Source of the DNA: Callorhinchus milii
Lineage: Eukaryota
Assembly (NCBI RefSeq): GCF_018977255.1
Contig: NW_024704742.1
Location: forward strand, 105,154,001-105,218,000
Reading direction: 5' to 3'
Length of the DNA: 64,000 bases
Part shown: in pieces, positions 62,692 through 64,000 of the stretch
How positions within the stretch are numbered: the stretch's first letter is position 1
Layout of the letters: every line of letters starts with the position of its first letter
Notes under the pieces: model-generated
Database searches by the model: none
Told to the model about the DNA's origin: nothing
Seen by the model: only the letters and a program-made list of their open reading frames with translations
Translations under genes and position numbers: made by a program

Positions 62692-64000
62692 AACAACAAC
62701 AACAACAATTTGGATTTATATAGCGACCTCCACACCTCAGAGCGCTTTACAATAACGGATCCCGGGACTGAGCCAGGGGGAAGGGGGGGGAAGGTGACCA
62801 AAGGCGTAGTCAAAAAGAAAGGTCTTCAGCAGAGACCTGAAAATGTGAAGGGAAGGAGCGAGGCGAAGGGAGTGAGGAAAGCAGTTCCAGAGCCTCGGGG
62901 CAATAGTGGCCGAAGGCACGGTTGCTGAGGGTGGAGCGGAGGACGAGGAGGAGGCCAGACCCAGAGGAACGAAGGCAACGGGTACGGTTTTGAGGAGAGA
63001 GGAGGTCAGAGAGGTAGGGGGTGCAGAGGAGTGCAGGGACTTGATTACAAGGGTGAGGATCTTGAAATTGATCCTCTCTGGGATAGGCAGCCAGTGCAGT
63101 CTGGCAAGGACTGGGGTGATCGGGGAGCGGAGTTTGGTGTGGGTGAGAATGCGGGCGGCAGAGTTTTGAATGATTTGGATTTTATGTATTGTAGTAGATG
63201 GGAAACCGGTGAGGTGGGCGTTGGAGTAGTCCAGCCGAGAGGTGACAAAGGCATGGACCAGGGTTTCAGTGGCTTTTGGGGAGAGGTATTGGCAGAGACG
63301 GGCGATGCATCGGAGGTGGAAGAAGGCGGTGCTGGTGAGGGACCGGATGTGGGGGAGGAAGGATAATCGGGGGTCGAACCTGACGCTTAGGTTGCATAAG
63401 GGTTCGGAGAGTTTTAGATGGAGGTCGGGTAGATGGAGGAGGTGAGAGCCGTGAGATTTTAGACGTTGACGAGAGCCAAAGAGTATGGCTTCCGTCTTGT
63501 CAATGTTCAGCTGAAGGAAGTTTGCACTCATCCAGCCCCTGAGATCTGACAGGCAGGCTGACAGAACATCAGGGGACTGGGGGTCGCAAAGAGAGGTGGA
63601 AAAATAGAGTTGGGTGTCATCTGCATACATGTGGAAATGTACCCCATGTCTACAGATGACATTCCCAAGAGGGAGCACGTAGATCAGAAAGAGGAGGGGG
63701 CCACGGATGGATCCTTGGGGTACCCCACAGGTGACCGGGTGAGAGCGGGAGGAGAAGACATTTGTGCAGATGTACTGCTGGCGGTTTGTGAGGTAGGACT
63801 CGATCCAGGCGAATGCTTTCACACTGAGGTGGATGACGGAGGAAAGGTGGTGGCGGGGGTTGGCGTGATCGACTGTGTCGAACGCGGCGGAGAGGTCCAG
63901 GAGGACAAGAGGCAGAGAGAGCCCTGGTCACAGATAGAGAGAATGACATTTGTGACTTTCAGAAGCGCAGTCTCTGTACTGTGGGCAGTGTGGAAACCGG
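62692..64000 (-). mobile_element. L2-clade LINE, ORF2 reverse-transcriptase C-terminal portion; runs off the right edge
   Basis: 361-aa ORF 63822-62737 with GVPQGS, HMYADDTQLY, LQLNIDKTE, SRLDYSN and LHWLP motifs; (TTG)n 3' tail. Confidence 0.95.

Overview
Vertebrate genomic DNA. The repeat content (tRNA-headed Deu-type SINEs, L2 and CR1 LINEs, a Penelope-type end) suggests a cartilaginous fish, possibly a holocephalan; this is an inference. The window holds the 5' half of the FER tyrosine kinase gene on the minus strand. Eight coding exons (37865 down to 13012, all GT-AG) splice into 1239 nt / 413 codons covering the F-BAR and FX region. The SH2 and kinase exons were not found and presumably lie left of base 1. 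A CpG-island promoter at about 51880-52810 carries NRF1, E-box/CRE, CCAAT, YY1-like and ZNF143-like motifs. The rest is intronic or intergenic and rich in retroposons. The most unusual feature is a 26-bp x ~20 minisatellite at the end of the probable FER exon 1, in which every unit carries a CAG|GTAC 5' splice-site-like sequence. Other notable items: a Harbinger-type Myb/SANT gene fossil, a U2 snRNA fragment antisense within the FER pre-mRNA, a degenerate Penelope-type hammerhead ribozyme, an LF-SINE-like element, inverted repeats bracketing FER exons, a near-consensus CTCF site and a palindrome carrying an ETS-CRE motif. All homology calls come from recalled consensus sequences, not database searches. 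Repeat boundaries are approximate.
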